A stretch of 54,160 nucleotides of DNA from an uncultured Hyphomicrobiales bacterium (lineage in GTDB: Bacteria; Pseudomonadota; Alphaproteobacteria; Rhizobiales; Aestuariivirgaceae). This document shows, in pieces, positions 39,074 through 47,985 of the stretch. The notes under the pieces are model-generated. The model ran no database searches. It was not told the origin of the DNA and worked only from the letters and a program-made list of their open reading frames with translations. A program made the translations under genes and the position numbers. Each line of letters starts with the position of its first letter. Position 1 is the stretch's first letter. The stretch lies in the NCBI GenBank assembly GCA_902826365.1, contig CADEEO010000003.1:1-54160 (forward strand), given 5' to 3'.

Positions 39074-40026
39074 AGCGCGCTGGCCTGTTGATCAATCCCA
39101 GTTCCGGAAAATCCAGCGGCAAGGGCCTGAGCCTGGTTGACATGCTGAAGAACAACGCAGCGGTTTCAATCCGCGTGCTTGAAAGGTTTGAACAGCTGAC
39201 GGGCTTTCTCGATGAGTTCGCCAGCGACGGCGTAACCGACCTGTTCATCAGTTCCGGCGATGGCACCATTCAAGCCGTTCAAACGGACCTGGCGGAGCGC
39301 AAGCCGTTCAAAAGCACCCCCCGCCTCAGCCTTCTGCCCCACGGCACCACCAACATGACCGCCGCCGATCTTGGCTTTCCCTTCAGGGGGCTGCAGGCGC
39401 AGGCCGACTACATCACGCGGCTGGAAACAAAACAGCTGCGTGAACGCCCCACCCTGCGGGTGGCCAATCCCCGCGATGGCAGGCCGCGGCACGGCATGTT
39501 TTTGGGAACAGGGGCGGCATCGGAAGCCACGCTGTTTTGCCAGCGTGTTTTCAACGCCAAGGGGGTTAAGGGAAGCTGGGCAACCTTCGCAACCCTGGCC
39601 AGCGCCGCCGGCCGCACCATGTTCACCAAACCCAATCCCCATGATGTGACCCGCTTTGACCGTCCTTTTCCCATTCAGGTAACCAGCGATGGCCAGGAAT
39701 TCAGCAGCGGAACCCAGCTTCTGGCATTCTCCACCACCCTTGAGAAACTCATCCTCGGCGCAAGACCTTTCTGGGGGCCGAAACTTGGCCCCATCCGCAC
39801 CTCGGTTTTCCCCTACCCCGTGCCCAGCATTCCGCGCTGGCTCCTGCCCATCATGTATGCCGGCGAGAACCGGAAAATGCCGCAAGGAGCGGTAAGTTTT
39901 TCCAGCGCCCGGTTGGAAATCACCTGCCCCGTCAGCTTCGTGATTGACGGTGAATTCTTCGATGCTCCGGAAAACGGTCCCTTGAAGGTGGAAACCGGCA
40001 CGGTTTTCACCTATCTCTGCGGCTGA
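39070..40026 (+). CDS. cpgB: Diacylglycerol/sphingosine kinase family, candidate ceramide kinase (CpgB-like)
   Basis: INPSSG, SGDGT, LPHGTTNMTA, FVIDGE; GTGA overlap with the upstream gene. Confidence 0.72.
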   Translation: MKRAGLLINPSSGKSSGKGLSLVDMLKNNAAVSIRVLERFEQLTGFLDEFASDGVTDLFISSGDGTIQAVQTDLAERKPFKSTPRLSLLPHGTTNMTAADLGFPFRGLQAQADYITRLETKQLRERPTLRVANPRDGRPRHGMFLGTGAASEATLFCQRVFNAKGVKGSWATFATLASAAGRTMFTKPNPHDVTRFDRPFPIQVTSDGQEFSSGTQLLAFSTTLEKLILGARPFWGPKLGPIRTSVFPYPVPSIPRWLLPIMYAGENRKMPQGAVSFSSARLEITCPVSFVIDGEFFDAPENGPLKVETGTVFTYLCG

Positions 40027-40901
40027 TGAATACATCGCCAGTAAGTGTGACGGAATTCTGCAAAGCTTCGCTGGCCCGCGATGTGCCGCCGGAGCTTCGT
40101 GCCATGGCGGATGCCTTGCGCCAGAAACACACTGGAACGGCGGCCATCCTCGCCTACGGCTCATGCCTCCGGGGCGTTGCGGCGGCGGACACGCTGATGG
40201 ATTTTTACGTCCTCACGGAAAATTTTTCCGGCGTCAGCCCAAGCATCATCAGCCGCGTCGCGTGCTGCATCGTCCCGCCTAATGTCTATTATGCTGAGAC
40301 GGAATTTGCCGGTCAGCGCCTGCGCGCAAAATATGCGCTCCTTCCTTTGCGGCTTTTTGCCAAATGGATGGCGCGGGAAACCAGCAACCCTTATTTCTGG
40401 GCCCGCTTCGCGCAACCCTCGGCCCTAGTTTATGCGCGTGATGGCAAGACCGGAGATGACGTCATCGTCAGTATCTCGGAAGCATTGCGAACTGCTTTTG
40501 CCAATGCCAAGGCCCAGACAACCGAAACTGATGCGCTGGCTGTTTGGACCGCTGGCTTCAACGCGACTTACAAGTCCGAATTCCGCTCCGAGAAAACCAA
40601 TCGCGCCGCCAGCATTGTTTCCTCAACGCCTGATTACTACAGGGAGGCCGCAAGGCTCCTGGCTTCGGAAATTCCCGTTCATGCCAACCAAACCCTGCGC
40701 CGCTTGACAGGCAAAAGCTGGTCCGTTCTGCGCCTCATCAAGGCAGCCTTCACCTTTCAGGGCGGAGCCGATTACATCGTCTGGAAAATCGAGCGGCACT
40801 CGGGAGAAAAAATCATCCTTACCAGCTGGCAGAAAAGGCACCCAATCATTGCCGGGCTGCTGCTGCTTCCCGCACTCCTTCGCAAGGGCGCAATCCGCTA
40901 G
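40026..40901 (+). CDS. cpgC: Nucleotidyltransferase-fold protein (CpgC-like, Tam41-like motif)
   Basis: AYGSCLR...DFYVL, PPNVYY, WARFAQP, FQGGADYIVWKIERHSG; third gene of the phosphotransferase-kinase-X triad. Confidence 0.62.
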   Translation: MNTSPVSVTEFCKASLARDVPPELRAMADALRQKHTGTAAILAYGSCLRGVAAADTLMDFYVLTENFSGVSPSIISRVACCIVPPNVYYAETEFAGQRLRAKYALLPLRLFAKWMARETSNPYFWARFAQPSALVYARDGKTGDDVIVSISEALRTAFANAKAQTTETDALAVWTAGFNATYKSEFRSEKTNRAASIVSSTPDYYREAARLLASEIPVHANQTLRRLTGKSWSVLRLIKAAFTFQGGADYIVWKIERHSGEKIILTSWQKRHPIIAGLLLLPALLRKGAIR

Positions 40902-41123
40902 AACGAGGTCATCTTTAATTTTCCTCGCCCCTTGGGGGAGAGGAAGGGGCCCGTCCGGCGTAGCGCAGCGAAGACGGATGGGAAGGTGAGGGGGAACAGG
41001 TCTTGCAATTGAATCACCTGGTCCCCCTCATCCTCCCAAGCTTCGCTTGGGCCCCGCCTTCTCCCCGCCGGGGAGAAGGAAAACAAAGGAGTTTCGGTTT
41101 AACCAGGGTTGATCACGCCCTAG
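40898..41123. repeat. Palindromic REP/MITE-like intergenic element with CTAG ends
   Basis: Core 40919-41083 has inverted arms (ttcctcgccccttgggggagaggaaggggccc / gggccccgccttctccccgccggggagaaggaa; gggaaggtgaggggg / ccccctcatcctccc). CTAG at both ends contains the stops of the convergent flanking genes. Confidence 0.75.
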
Positions 41124-42316
41124 GCCGCCGCCCGGCTCGCAACCACTTTTCCAAACAGCGCGATGATCTTGTCGATGTCATCAAAGCTGTGCGCCGCCGA
41201 TACGGAGCAGCGCAGCAGGAACAATTTGTTCGGCGTGCCCGGCGGCAGCGCGATGTTCACATAAACGCCTGCCTCCAGCAGGGCATTCCACATGCCGATG
41301 GTCGAAATTTCATCGGCGCATTTCACCGCAATCACCGGGCTGACCATGTCACAGCCCATATCAAGGCCAAGACTCTTGAAGCCGGCAAAGAGCCGGGCCG
41401 AATTGGCCCGCAGGCGGTCCCGCCGTTCCGGCTCGGCGGCCAGTTTCTTGACAGCCGCGAGCGATGTCGCAATGGAGGCTGGCGACGACGAGGCCGTAAA
41501 CATATAGGGCCGCATGGCATAGCGCAGCGTTTCAAACAGCGGATGGTTGCCCGCCCCGAAACCGCCGATGGCCCCGACGCTCTTGGAGAACGTGCCGACG
41601 ATGAAATCGATATCATCCTCAAGTCCAACCTCATCGGCAAGGCCGCGGCCATGGGGACCGAGAACGCCAAAGGAATGGGCTTCATCGGCGAGAAGCTGGA
41701 AGCCATGCTTCTTCTTGACCGCAACGAAATCCGCCAGCGGCGCGCGGTCGCCCAGCATCGAGTAGATGCCTTCGACGACCACAAGCCGCCCGCCCTCTTC
41801 GCCTTCCGAGCGCGTCAGCCGCTTGTCCAGATCCATTGCGTCATTGTGGCGGAAGCGCACCAGCTTGGCGCCCGACAGCGTGCAGCCATCGTAGATTGAG
41901 GAGTGCGAGTCGGCGTCGAGAAAGATCGTGTCCTTCGGTCCCGCAAGGCCCGACATCATGCCCAGGTTGGCCTGATAGCCCGTGCTGAAGACAATGCAAT
42001 GCTTGCGCTTCAGGAACCTCGCAAGCTCCGCCTCAAGTTCCTTGTGCAAGGCATAGCTGCCATTGGCAATGCGCGAACCCGTGGTGCCCGTGCCGAATTC
42101 CGCCAAGGCCTCCTGCCCCGCCTTGATGCAATCGGCGTCAAACGTAATGCCCATGTAATTATTCGTGCCGGCAAGAATGGTCTCGCGGCCCTTGATCATC
42201 GCCCGCGTCGGCGACAGAATCCTGTCATTGGTGAGGCCTACTGCATTCACCCCCATGGCCATCATGCGGGCGTGGCGTTCGGCAATGGTCTTGTGCTTGT
42301 CCAGCAGATCAATCAT
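41120..42316 (-). CDS. spt: Serine palmitoyltransferase (alpha-oxoamine synthase)
   Basis: GTNNYMG, GTTGSRIANG, STGYQANLG, DSHSSI, DEAHS, GTFSKS (PLP lysine); directly downstream of an ACP gene. Confidence 0.88.
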   Translation of the reverse strand: MIDLLDKHKTIAERHARMMAMGVNAVGLTNDRILSPTRAMIKGRETILAGTNNYMGITFDADCIKAGQEALAEFGTGTTGSRIANGSYALHKELEAELARFLKRKHCIVFSTGYQANLGMMSGLAGPKDTIFLDADSHSSIYDGCTLSGAKLVRFRHNDAMDLDKRLTRSEGEEGGRLVVVEGIYSMLGDRAPLADFVAVKKKHGFQLLADEAHSFGVLGPHGRGLADEVGLEDDIDFIVGTFSKSVGAIGGFGAGNHPLFETLRYAMRPYMFTASSSPASIATSLAAVKKLAAEPERRDRLRANSARLFAGFKSLGLDMGCDMVSPVIAVKCADEISTIGMWNALLEAGVYVNIALPPGTPNKLFLLRCSVSAAHSFDDIDKIIALFGKVVASRAAA

Positions 42317-42320
42317 GGCA

Positions 42321-42569
42321 TCAGGCTTTCTTTACACGGGCATCAACAACAGCGGCGAGATCGCTGATGCTGTGCGTTTCCGACACGACATTCAGCGGGA
42401 TTTCAATGTCAAAGTGATCCTCGACTTCCATGACAAAGTCCATCACCGCGACCGAATCGATATTGAGATCAGCCGAGATTTCCGTATCCGGTGTCAGCGC
42501 CTTGCCCGTGGAGTTGAACGGTTCCAGCAATTTGCAGATCTGATCGATGGTTTCCTGTGAGGCAGTCAT
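42321..42569 (-). CDS. Acyl carrier protein dedicated to sphingolipid synthesis
   Basis: 82 aa, acidic, LNIDSVAVMDFVMEVEDHFDIEIP with the phosphopantetheine serine in DSV. Confidence 0.9.
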   Translation of the reverse strand: MTASQETIDQICKLLEPFNSTGKALTPDTEISADLNIDSVAVMDFVMEVEDHFDIEIPLNVVSETHSISDLAAVVDARVKKA

Positions 42570-42577
42570 GATTTCTC

Positions 42578-43531
42578 TTACGTTACAATTTTGTGTGTGC
42601 CGAACCGCTCCGGCAGCCATTGCGCCTTGCGGTACCAGTCCACCGTTGACTTGAACCCCTGCGCGAAACCAACCGGCTCCTTCAGGGGCCAGCCCTCGCC
42701 GCGCGCAACCCAATCGCTGAAGTAAAGCTGCTGGATCTTGTCGGGGGATACAAAGGGCAACTTGCCCCGTAGTTTCGCAATGGCTTCAACACCAACGCCC
42801 ACAGCCATCGCAACAGACTTGGGCAGAAAAATGGGTTTAATGCTCTTTTGTTCGGTGGCGGAGGCAATTTGCGCCAGGTCTTTCCAGCCATAACCCTGCC
42901 GTTGCCCGTCATCCAGTTCAACCGTTCCGGTCCTGGTGGCTTCGGCGGCCTCGACGATAATGCGGGCCAGATCATCGACATAAATGAGCGAGAAGCGCGA
43001 GGTGCTGGTGCCCGGAATGACGGCAAATGACTGGGTGAGCGATCGCAGCAGCGGCAGGGTTCCCCTGTCACCGGGGCCGTAAACGGCAGGCGGTCGCAGT
43101 ACAACAACCGACATCTGCGATTTGAATTTTTCGACCGCAACTTCACCTGCGCGCTTGCTGGCCCCATACATGGAAAGCTCCGGTTCCCGCGCCGCCAGCG
43201 AGGAAATATGCACGAAACGCTTCACACCGTTGCGCGCTGCCGCTTCCGCAACCGCCAGCGAACCCTTTTCATTGGCCGCAAAAAATTCATCGCGGCTGAG
43301 CGCCCCAATGACGCCCGCGATATGAATGACCACATCGGCGCTCCATGTGAGATCATCAAGCGCGGCACGGTTCTGCAAATCGCCCTGAACCTGCCGCACA
43401 TTTGAGTTCAACTCAGCCCGCGCCGGATCGCGCACCAGGGCCGAAACCTTCCAGGATTTGGCCATAAGGGCGGAAACCACGGCGCGGCCAACAAATCCCG
43501 TGGCTCCAGTGAGGGCAATTTTCAAGGGCAT
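42578..43531 (-). CDS. cerR: NAD(P)-dependent epimerase/reductase, candidate ceramide reductase
   Basis: TGATGFVG, SSLAAREP, YGASK (YxxxK), RPPAVYGPGD; lies between the acyl ligase and the ACP. Confidence 0.8.
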   Translation of the reverse strand: MPLKIALTGATGFVGRAVVSALMAKSWKVSALVRDPARAELNSNVRQVQGDLQNRAALDDLTWSADVVIHIAGVIGALSRDEFFAANEKGSLAVAEAAARNGVKRFVHISSLAAREPELSMYGASKRAGEVAVEKFKSQMSVVVLRPPAVYGPGDRGTLPLLRSLTQSFAVIPGTSTSRFSLIYVDDLARIIVEAAEATRTGTVELDDGQRQGYGWKDLAQIASATEQKSIKPIFLPKSVAMAVGVGVEAIAKLRGKLPFVSPDKIQQLYFSDWVARGEGWPLKEPVGFAQGFKSTVDWYRKAQWLPERFGTHKIVT

Positions 43532-43549
43532 GGCAGGCTTCGTCTGCGT

Positions 43550-45364
43550 CTATTGGGCAGCGGCCAGAAATTCAGCCGCCTGGGGTGCCCGTTGGGTAAT
43601 CTCAACCAATTCACCGGACACGAATTTCTGCTTGGCGCCGGCGCGCGAAAGCTTTCCCGAAGAGGTGAACGGCAGGCTCTTGGGCGGCACCAGAACCACG
43701 GCGCATTCAACGCCCGCACTGTGGTGCACCACGGCCGATACTTCGCGCCGCAGCTTTTCAATCCCGGCCTCGGTGGTGACCCGGCACTGAACCAGCACCA
43801 CCACGTTGTCTTGGCCATCGTCGCCTTCAACCGCGAAAGCCGCCACATCGCCGGACTTGAGCGGCTCAACCTGCTCGGCGGCCCACTCGATATCCTGTGG
43901 CCAGATATTGCGGCCATTGTGCAGGATCAGGTCCTTGGCCCGGCCCGTGATGACGATTTCGCCATCCAGCAGATAGCCCATGTCGCCCGTGGCTAAAAAT
44001 CCATCGGCGGCAATCACCGCGTCGGTCGCCTGCGCATTGTGATAATAGCCCGACATCAGGCTTGGCCCCTTCACGAAGATATGGCCAATCTGGCGGTCCC
44101 GGAGCACCGAACCCATCTCGTCGCGGACCACCATTTCATGGCCTGGCAGCGGCTTGCCGCAGACAACGAAACTGCGCACCGCATCCCTGTCCTGGGTTTC
44201 CAGTGCTGGAACCGCTTGCCCCGAAAGCTTGAACGCCAGCTTGTCAATTGCATCAATGCGGATGGGCTGTGAAACGTCGCTGAATGAAACCGCCAGGGTT
44301 GATTCCGCCATGCCATAGCTCGGCATGAAGGCATTCTGGTCAAAGCCCGAAACCGAAAGCGTGTCGCTGAACTGCTTGAGCACATCGGCGCGCACCATGT
44401 CGCCGCCGATGCCCGCCGCCCGCCAGTTGCTGAGATCAAGGGTGACCGCTTCGCCATTGATGCGGCGCGCCGCAAGATCGTAACCAAAGCTTGGCGAAAA
44501 GGAAACCGTTGAGCGATTTTCCGACATCAGCCGCAGCCACAAGGCGGGCCTGCGGGCGAAGGAAGGCGTCGAGATATAATCGACGGACACCTGCCCCATC
44601 ATCGGCGCCAGGCAAAATCCAACCAGCCCCATGTCGTGATAAAGCGGCAGCCATGAAAATGCCCGGTCGCTCTTGGTGACGCGCAAGCCATCGCGCAGAA
44701 TGCCCTGGGTGTTCGCCATGATGGCTTTTTGCGTGATCAGAACGCCCTTGGGCTCCGAGGTGGAGCCGGAGGAATACTGGATATAGGCCACATCATCGGG
44801 GCCAAAGGCTTCAAGCTTGATGAGCGACTCGGGCAAGGCCTGAAGCGCCTCATGGGTCAAAACTTTTTCAACCCCGGCGCCCGCGGCGCCAGCCAGGATA
44901 TGCCCCTCAAGATCAGACGAGGTGACAACGGCACAGGCCGCCGCGGCGCGCAGCATGCCGGTGACCCGTTCAACATAGGCATCCCGCCCCCCGATATACA
45001 TGGTGTAGGGCATGGGGCATGGAACCAGCCCCGCATACTGGCAGCCGAAAAACACCGCCATGAAATCCGGCCCGGTTTCGGCGATGACCGCCACCCGGTC
45101 GCCGCGCTTCAGGCCAGCCGACACCAGCTTCCGCGCCGTAGCCAAAGCCCGGCTGCGCAGGTCCGCGAAGGTCAATACATGGCTCAATTGGCCCTTGGCC
45201 GAATAGAAATTGAATCCGGTCAGCCCGCGCGCAGCATAATCCAGGCCTTCGGCAATTGTTTTGAATCCAGCAAGCTGCTGCTCCAGATCACGGTTTGAGC
45301 GCGGGGTTTTGACCAACCCGGCCGCGGCCGCTTCAACGTCCTGTCTTGCTGCATTCGCAGTCAT
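43550..45364 (-). CDS. Fatty acyl-AMP ligase / acyl-ACP synthetase
   Basis: YIQYSSGSTSEPKGV, SWLPLYHDMGL, YGMAE, TGDMGY, GRAKD, TSSGK. Confidence 0.9.
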   Translation of the reverse strand: MTANAARQDVEAAAAGLVKTPRSNRDLEQQLAGFKTIAEGLDYAARGLTGFNFYSAKGQLSHVLTFADLRSRALATARKLVSAGLKRGDRVAVIAETGPDFMAVFFGCQYAGLVPCPMPYTMYIGGRDAYVERVTGMLRAAAACAVVTSSDLEGHILAGAAGAGVEKVLTHEALQALPESLIKLEAFGPDDVAYIQYSSGSTSEPKGVLITQKAIMANTQGILRDGLRVTKSDRAFSWLPLYHDMGLVGFCLAPMMGQVSVDYISTPSFARRPALWLRLMSENRSTVSFSPSFGYDLAARRINGEAVTLDLSNWRAAGIGGDMVRADVLKQFSDTLSVSGFDQNAFMPSYGMAESTLAVSFSDVSQPIRIDAIDKLAFKLSGQAVPALETQDRDAVRSFVVCGKPLPGHEMVVRDEMGSVLRDRQIGHIFVKGPSLMSGYYHNAQATDAVIAADGFLATGDMGYLLDGEIVITGRAKDLILHNGRNIWPQDIEWAAEQVEPLKSGDVAAFAVEGDDGQDNVVVLVQCRVTTEAGIEKLRREVSAVVHHSAGVECAVVLVPPKSLPFTSSGKLSRAGAKQKFVSGELVEITQRAPQAAEFLAAAQ

Positions 45365-45511
45365 TTTACGCACACCTCTGGAAGTCTTTGTTGCATCTAG
45401 TCGTCCCGGCGAATCCAACCGAATCCGCTTTGGCCCCTGTCTTTGAGTAACAAGGCCGGGCAGCTTGGTGAAATCAAATGGTGTTTCAGAATGTAACGGT
45501 TGGATGAAAGC

Positions 45512-46030
45512 CTAAAACTTGAGCTTTCCCAATGAGATAGCAGCAACTATCAGGGCCAGTATGCCGAGGATGAGGCCATTGAACCAGGCGTAAACCACAG
45601 CGGCGGTGGTATATCGTGCAGTGGGTTGGGAAACCGGTGCCGCCCGCACAATTTGCCGCTCCCGGGCAATCATCCGGTGGGCCAGGTAGGATCTGAGATA
45701 AGTCATCATTTCTGCCCGGTCGGCGGTTTCAAACAGCGCCTCGCGGCCTCCCTGGTTGTCCTGCTGCAAACGGTAGGTCCGGTAATCCGGCTCCATTTCG
45801 ACAAAGGATATGAGGTCAATCCAAAGCCGCGGCGGCTCGCCGGGAACAAGGGCGAGATCGAAGACATGTGCCGCTTCCGGGGTTGCCGCAATGACGGGGA
45901 TCAAGTCATCCTTAAGCACTTGAAGCCTGAGCGACTTGGAATCCTTGATTCCGAGAACCGCCTCGAAGTGGGCCGCTTCCGCCAGGCGAGCCTTGCGCAA
46001 TGCGCCGCTGAGATCGTCGTGCTCGGCCAC
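45512..46030 (-). CDS. Hypothetical protein with a C-terminal membrane anchor
   Basis: 172-aa ORF with GTG start after GGGAG, PRLWID motif and a hydrophobic C-terminus. Confidence 0.7.
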   Translation of the reverse strand: MAEHDDLSGALRKARLAEAAHFEAVLGIKDSKSLRLQVLKDDLIPVIAATPEAAHVFDLALVPGEPPRLWIDLISFVEMEPDYRTYRLQQDNQGGREALFETADRAEMMTYLRSYLAHRMIARERQIVRAAPVSQPTARYTTAAVVYAWFNGLILGILALIVAAISLGKLKF

Positions 46031-46135
46031 TATTCTGGCTCCCCAAACTCACAAACTGTATCAAAACGGGACAGTACCGCGAGGCACTTGCCTGTTTCAA
46101 GATGAGTTGCAGAAAGGGTGCCAGAAGAAAGGTCG

Positions 46136-46222
46136 AGGGCGTGATCAATCTTGTTTTCCTTCTCCCCCTAGGGGCGAGGAAAACTAAAGATTATCGCTGC
46201 ATATAAATTTGATCCCGCCCTA
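46136..46222. repeat. Short copy of the same palindromic element
   Basis: Terminal inverted repeats agggcgtgatcaa (46136-46148) and ttgatcccgccct (46209-46221) enclose the hairpin ttttccttctccccctaggggcgaggaaaa (46154-46183). Confidence 0.65.
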
Positions 46223-46915
46223 AACCCCGCAGGACGCAGGAAGCTTGGCCTGCCCGAACCACAGCTCAAAAGTATTGGCCCGCGCCTTGGCCGCGCTGCC
46301 TTCAACGCCGGAAAGATCCTTCAGGATTACGGGCAGGCCCACATCTTTGAATATTTTCACCAGGCTGCTAGCGCGTTCGACGTCGGAAGACCGGAAAACC
46401 CGCAGCTCATGGCCCTCGCCGTTCCACGTGGCCCGCGAAAAGCCGGGGATGACAATGTTGGTGCGGTCCGTGTCCTTCATCTTGCCCATTAAAACTGTCA
46501 CGCACGCCCGCTGCTTGTCGTTCATCGCATAGACGAAGATGCGGCTCGGCATCCGTTCCAGCGCTTGGCGGAAGGTATCGGCCACTTTCGTATTTTCGAC
46601 CGAGGCCTTGAGAAGCGCCTGCTCCATCAACGGCAGCAGTTCCTTGTCGGCCGAGGAATTTGCGTAGGACAATTGCGCCGCCACGAATTCCACCGGCACC
46701 TTGTCGTTCTTCAGCAAATACTCGAACATCGCCACGCCATATTTGCGCCGTTCCGGATTCTGGTCGCTCACCAGGTCGATCATGGTTTTGAGGTCGTTCA
46801 GGTTCTGCTGCCAGCGCGTGTAGTAAAGCCCGGTGCCCGCCACCGAGACGGGGATCATCACGGTTGCCAATAGCTGCACCGCCATTTCGCGCCAGGGCCT
46901 CGCCGTTGTCGTCAT
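46220..46915 (-). CDS. Hypothetical protein with an N-terminal TM helix
   Basis: ATG 46915 after GGGAGAGG, host-like codon usage, one TM (LLATVMIPVSVAGTGLYY). Confidence 0.7.
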   Translation of the reverse strand: MTTTARPWREMAVQLLATVMIPVSVAGTGLYYTRWQQNLNDLKTMIDLVSDQNPERRKYGVAMFEYLLKNDKVPVEFVAAQLSYANSSADKELLPLMEQALLKASVENTKVADTFRQALERMPSRIFVYAMNDKQRACVTVLMGKMKDTDRTNIVIPGFSRATWNGEGHELRVFRSSDVERASSLVKIFKDVGLPVILKDLSGVEGSAAKARANTFELWFGQAKLPASCGV

Positions 46916-46928
46916 TAAACCTCTCCCA

Positions 46929-47981
46929 TCAATCTTCTTCCACATGCGCCGGTTGAGCGGCTGGCACGTTACGATGCAGCACAAAACTGGTGACCGCCGG
47001 CATGAGCAGCACCAGGCCGATGTAGCGGGCCACCTGATGGGCCGCTACGTAAGCCGGATCGAGATTGAGCGCAAATGCCATGATGGTCATGGCTTCAAGG
47101 CCGCCCGGCGCGAAGGCAAGAAGCGTGAGGGCAAAAGGCAATCCGGCGATAACACTGGTGAACAACGCTCCCGCCACGGCAATCACCATGGCGATGGCAA
47201 ATCCAGCAAACCCGTCGCCAAACACCGTGGCCAGTTCCCGCAGCGAAATGCCCTTGAAGCGGAGGCCAATCATCACGCCCAGAATGACGTTGGCGGGAAT
47301 GAGAATGGTATCAGGCGCCCCGCCATGAACCACGTCACCGAGGCCCAGGGCGGCGCTGGCGAGTGCGGACCCCAAAATGAGTCCTGCGGGAACCCGGAGC
47401 CGTTCAAACAACAGGCCCGTGACAGCCGAGGCCAGGACAAGGACGATGATTTCAAAAACATTGGCCGCCACCGGCGTTGCCGTTATCACATCGTTGGCAG
47501 GCGAGATGAACACGATAACCAGCGGCAAGGCGGCAATCAGGAAAAACAGCCGCACGCTTTGGGAGATGGTAACCCGGCGCATGTCCGCCCCCGAGGAACT
47601 CGCCAGCAATATGACCATGGAAAGCGCACCCGGCAGGCTGGCAAAAAAAGCCGTGGCCGCGTCCCATTTTCTCAGGCGTTCATAATACAGCATGCACGCC
47701 CAGACGATGATCACCACAGTGATGCTCATGCATAAAATGCTCAGCGGCCATTGCGCCGCCCGGGAGAGCGTATCGGCATTGACCGCCGTTCCGGTCTGGA
47801 TGCCCAGCAGGATGAAGGCAAGCGTCCGCAGCCAGTCCGGAAGTTCCAGTTCCTGGTTGGAATAGATGGCGATGATCGTGGCAATCAGGCTTCCCGCCAG
47901 CCAGGGCGCGGGAACCCCGGTCACAAAGGCGAGCGCCCCGCCAATTGCGCCAACCGCAAGGGCCCGGATCACGCTGATCAT
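46929..47981 (-). CDS. AbrB-family membrane protein
   Basis: Duplicated hydrophobic repeats with PAPWLAGS / PAGLILGS, SLPGALS / APGGLEAM, and HQVAR. Confidence 0.85.
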   Translation of the reverse strand: MISVIRALAVGAIGGALAFVTGVPAPWLAGSLIATIIAIYSNQELELPDWLRTLAFILLGIQTGTAVNADTLSRAAQWPLSILCMSITVVIIVWACMLYYERLRKWDAATAFFASLPGALSMVILLASSSGADMRRVTISQSVRLFFLIAALPLVIVFISPANDVITATPVAANVFEIIVLVLASAVTGLLFERLRVPAGLILGSALASAALGLGDVVHGGAPDTILIPANVILGVMIGLRFKGISLRELATVFGDGFAGFAIAMVIAVAGALFTSVIAGLPFALTLLAFAPGGLEAMTIMAFALNLDPAYVAAHQVARYIGLVLLMPAVTSFVLHRNVPAAQPAHVEED

Positions 47982-47985
47982 GAGA

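Noticed and set aside
40919-41083. CRISPR array, tRNA or autonomous IS element
   Set aside because: No regularly spaced direct repeats, cloverleaf or transposase ORF; it is a short palindromic repeat.
41120-42316. Calling the alpha-oxoamine synthase BioF or Kbl
   Set aside because: No bio or tdh genes are nearby, and the adjacent ACP, reductase, acyl ligase and bCerS point to Spt.
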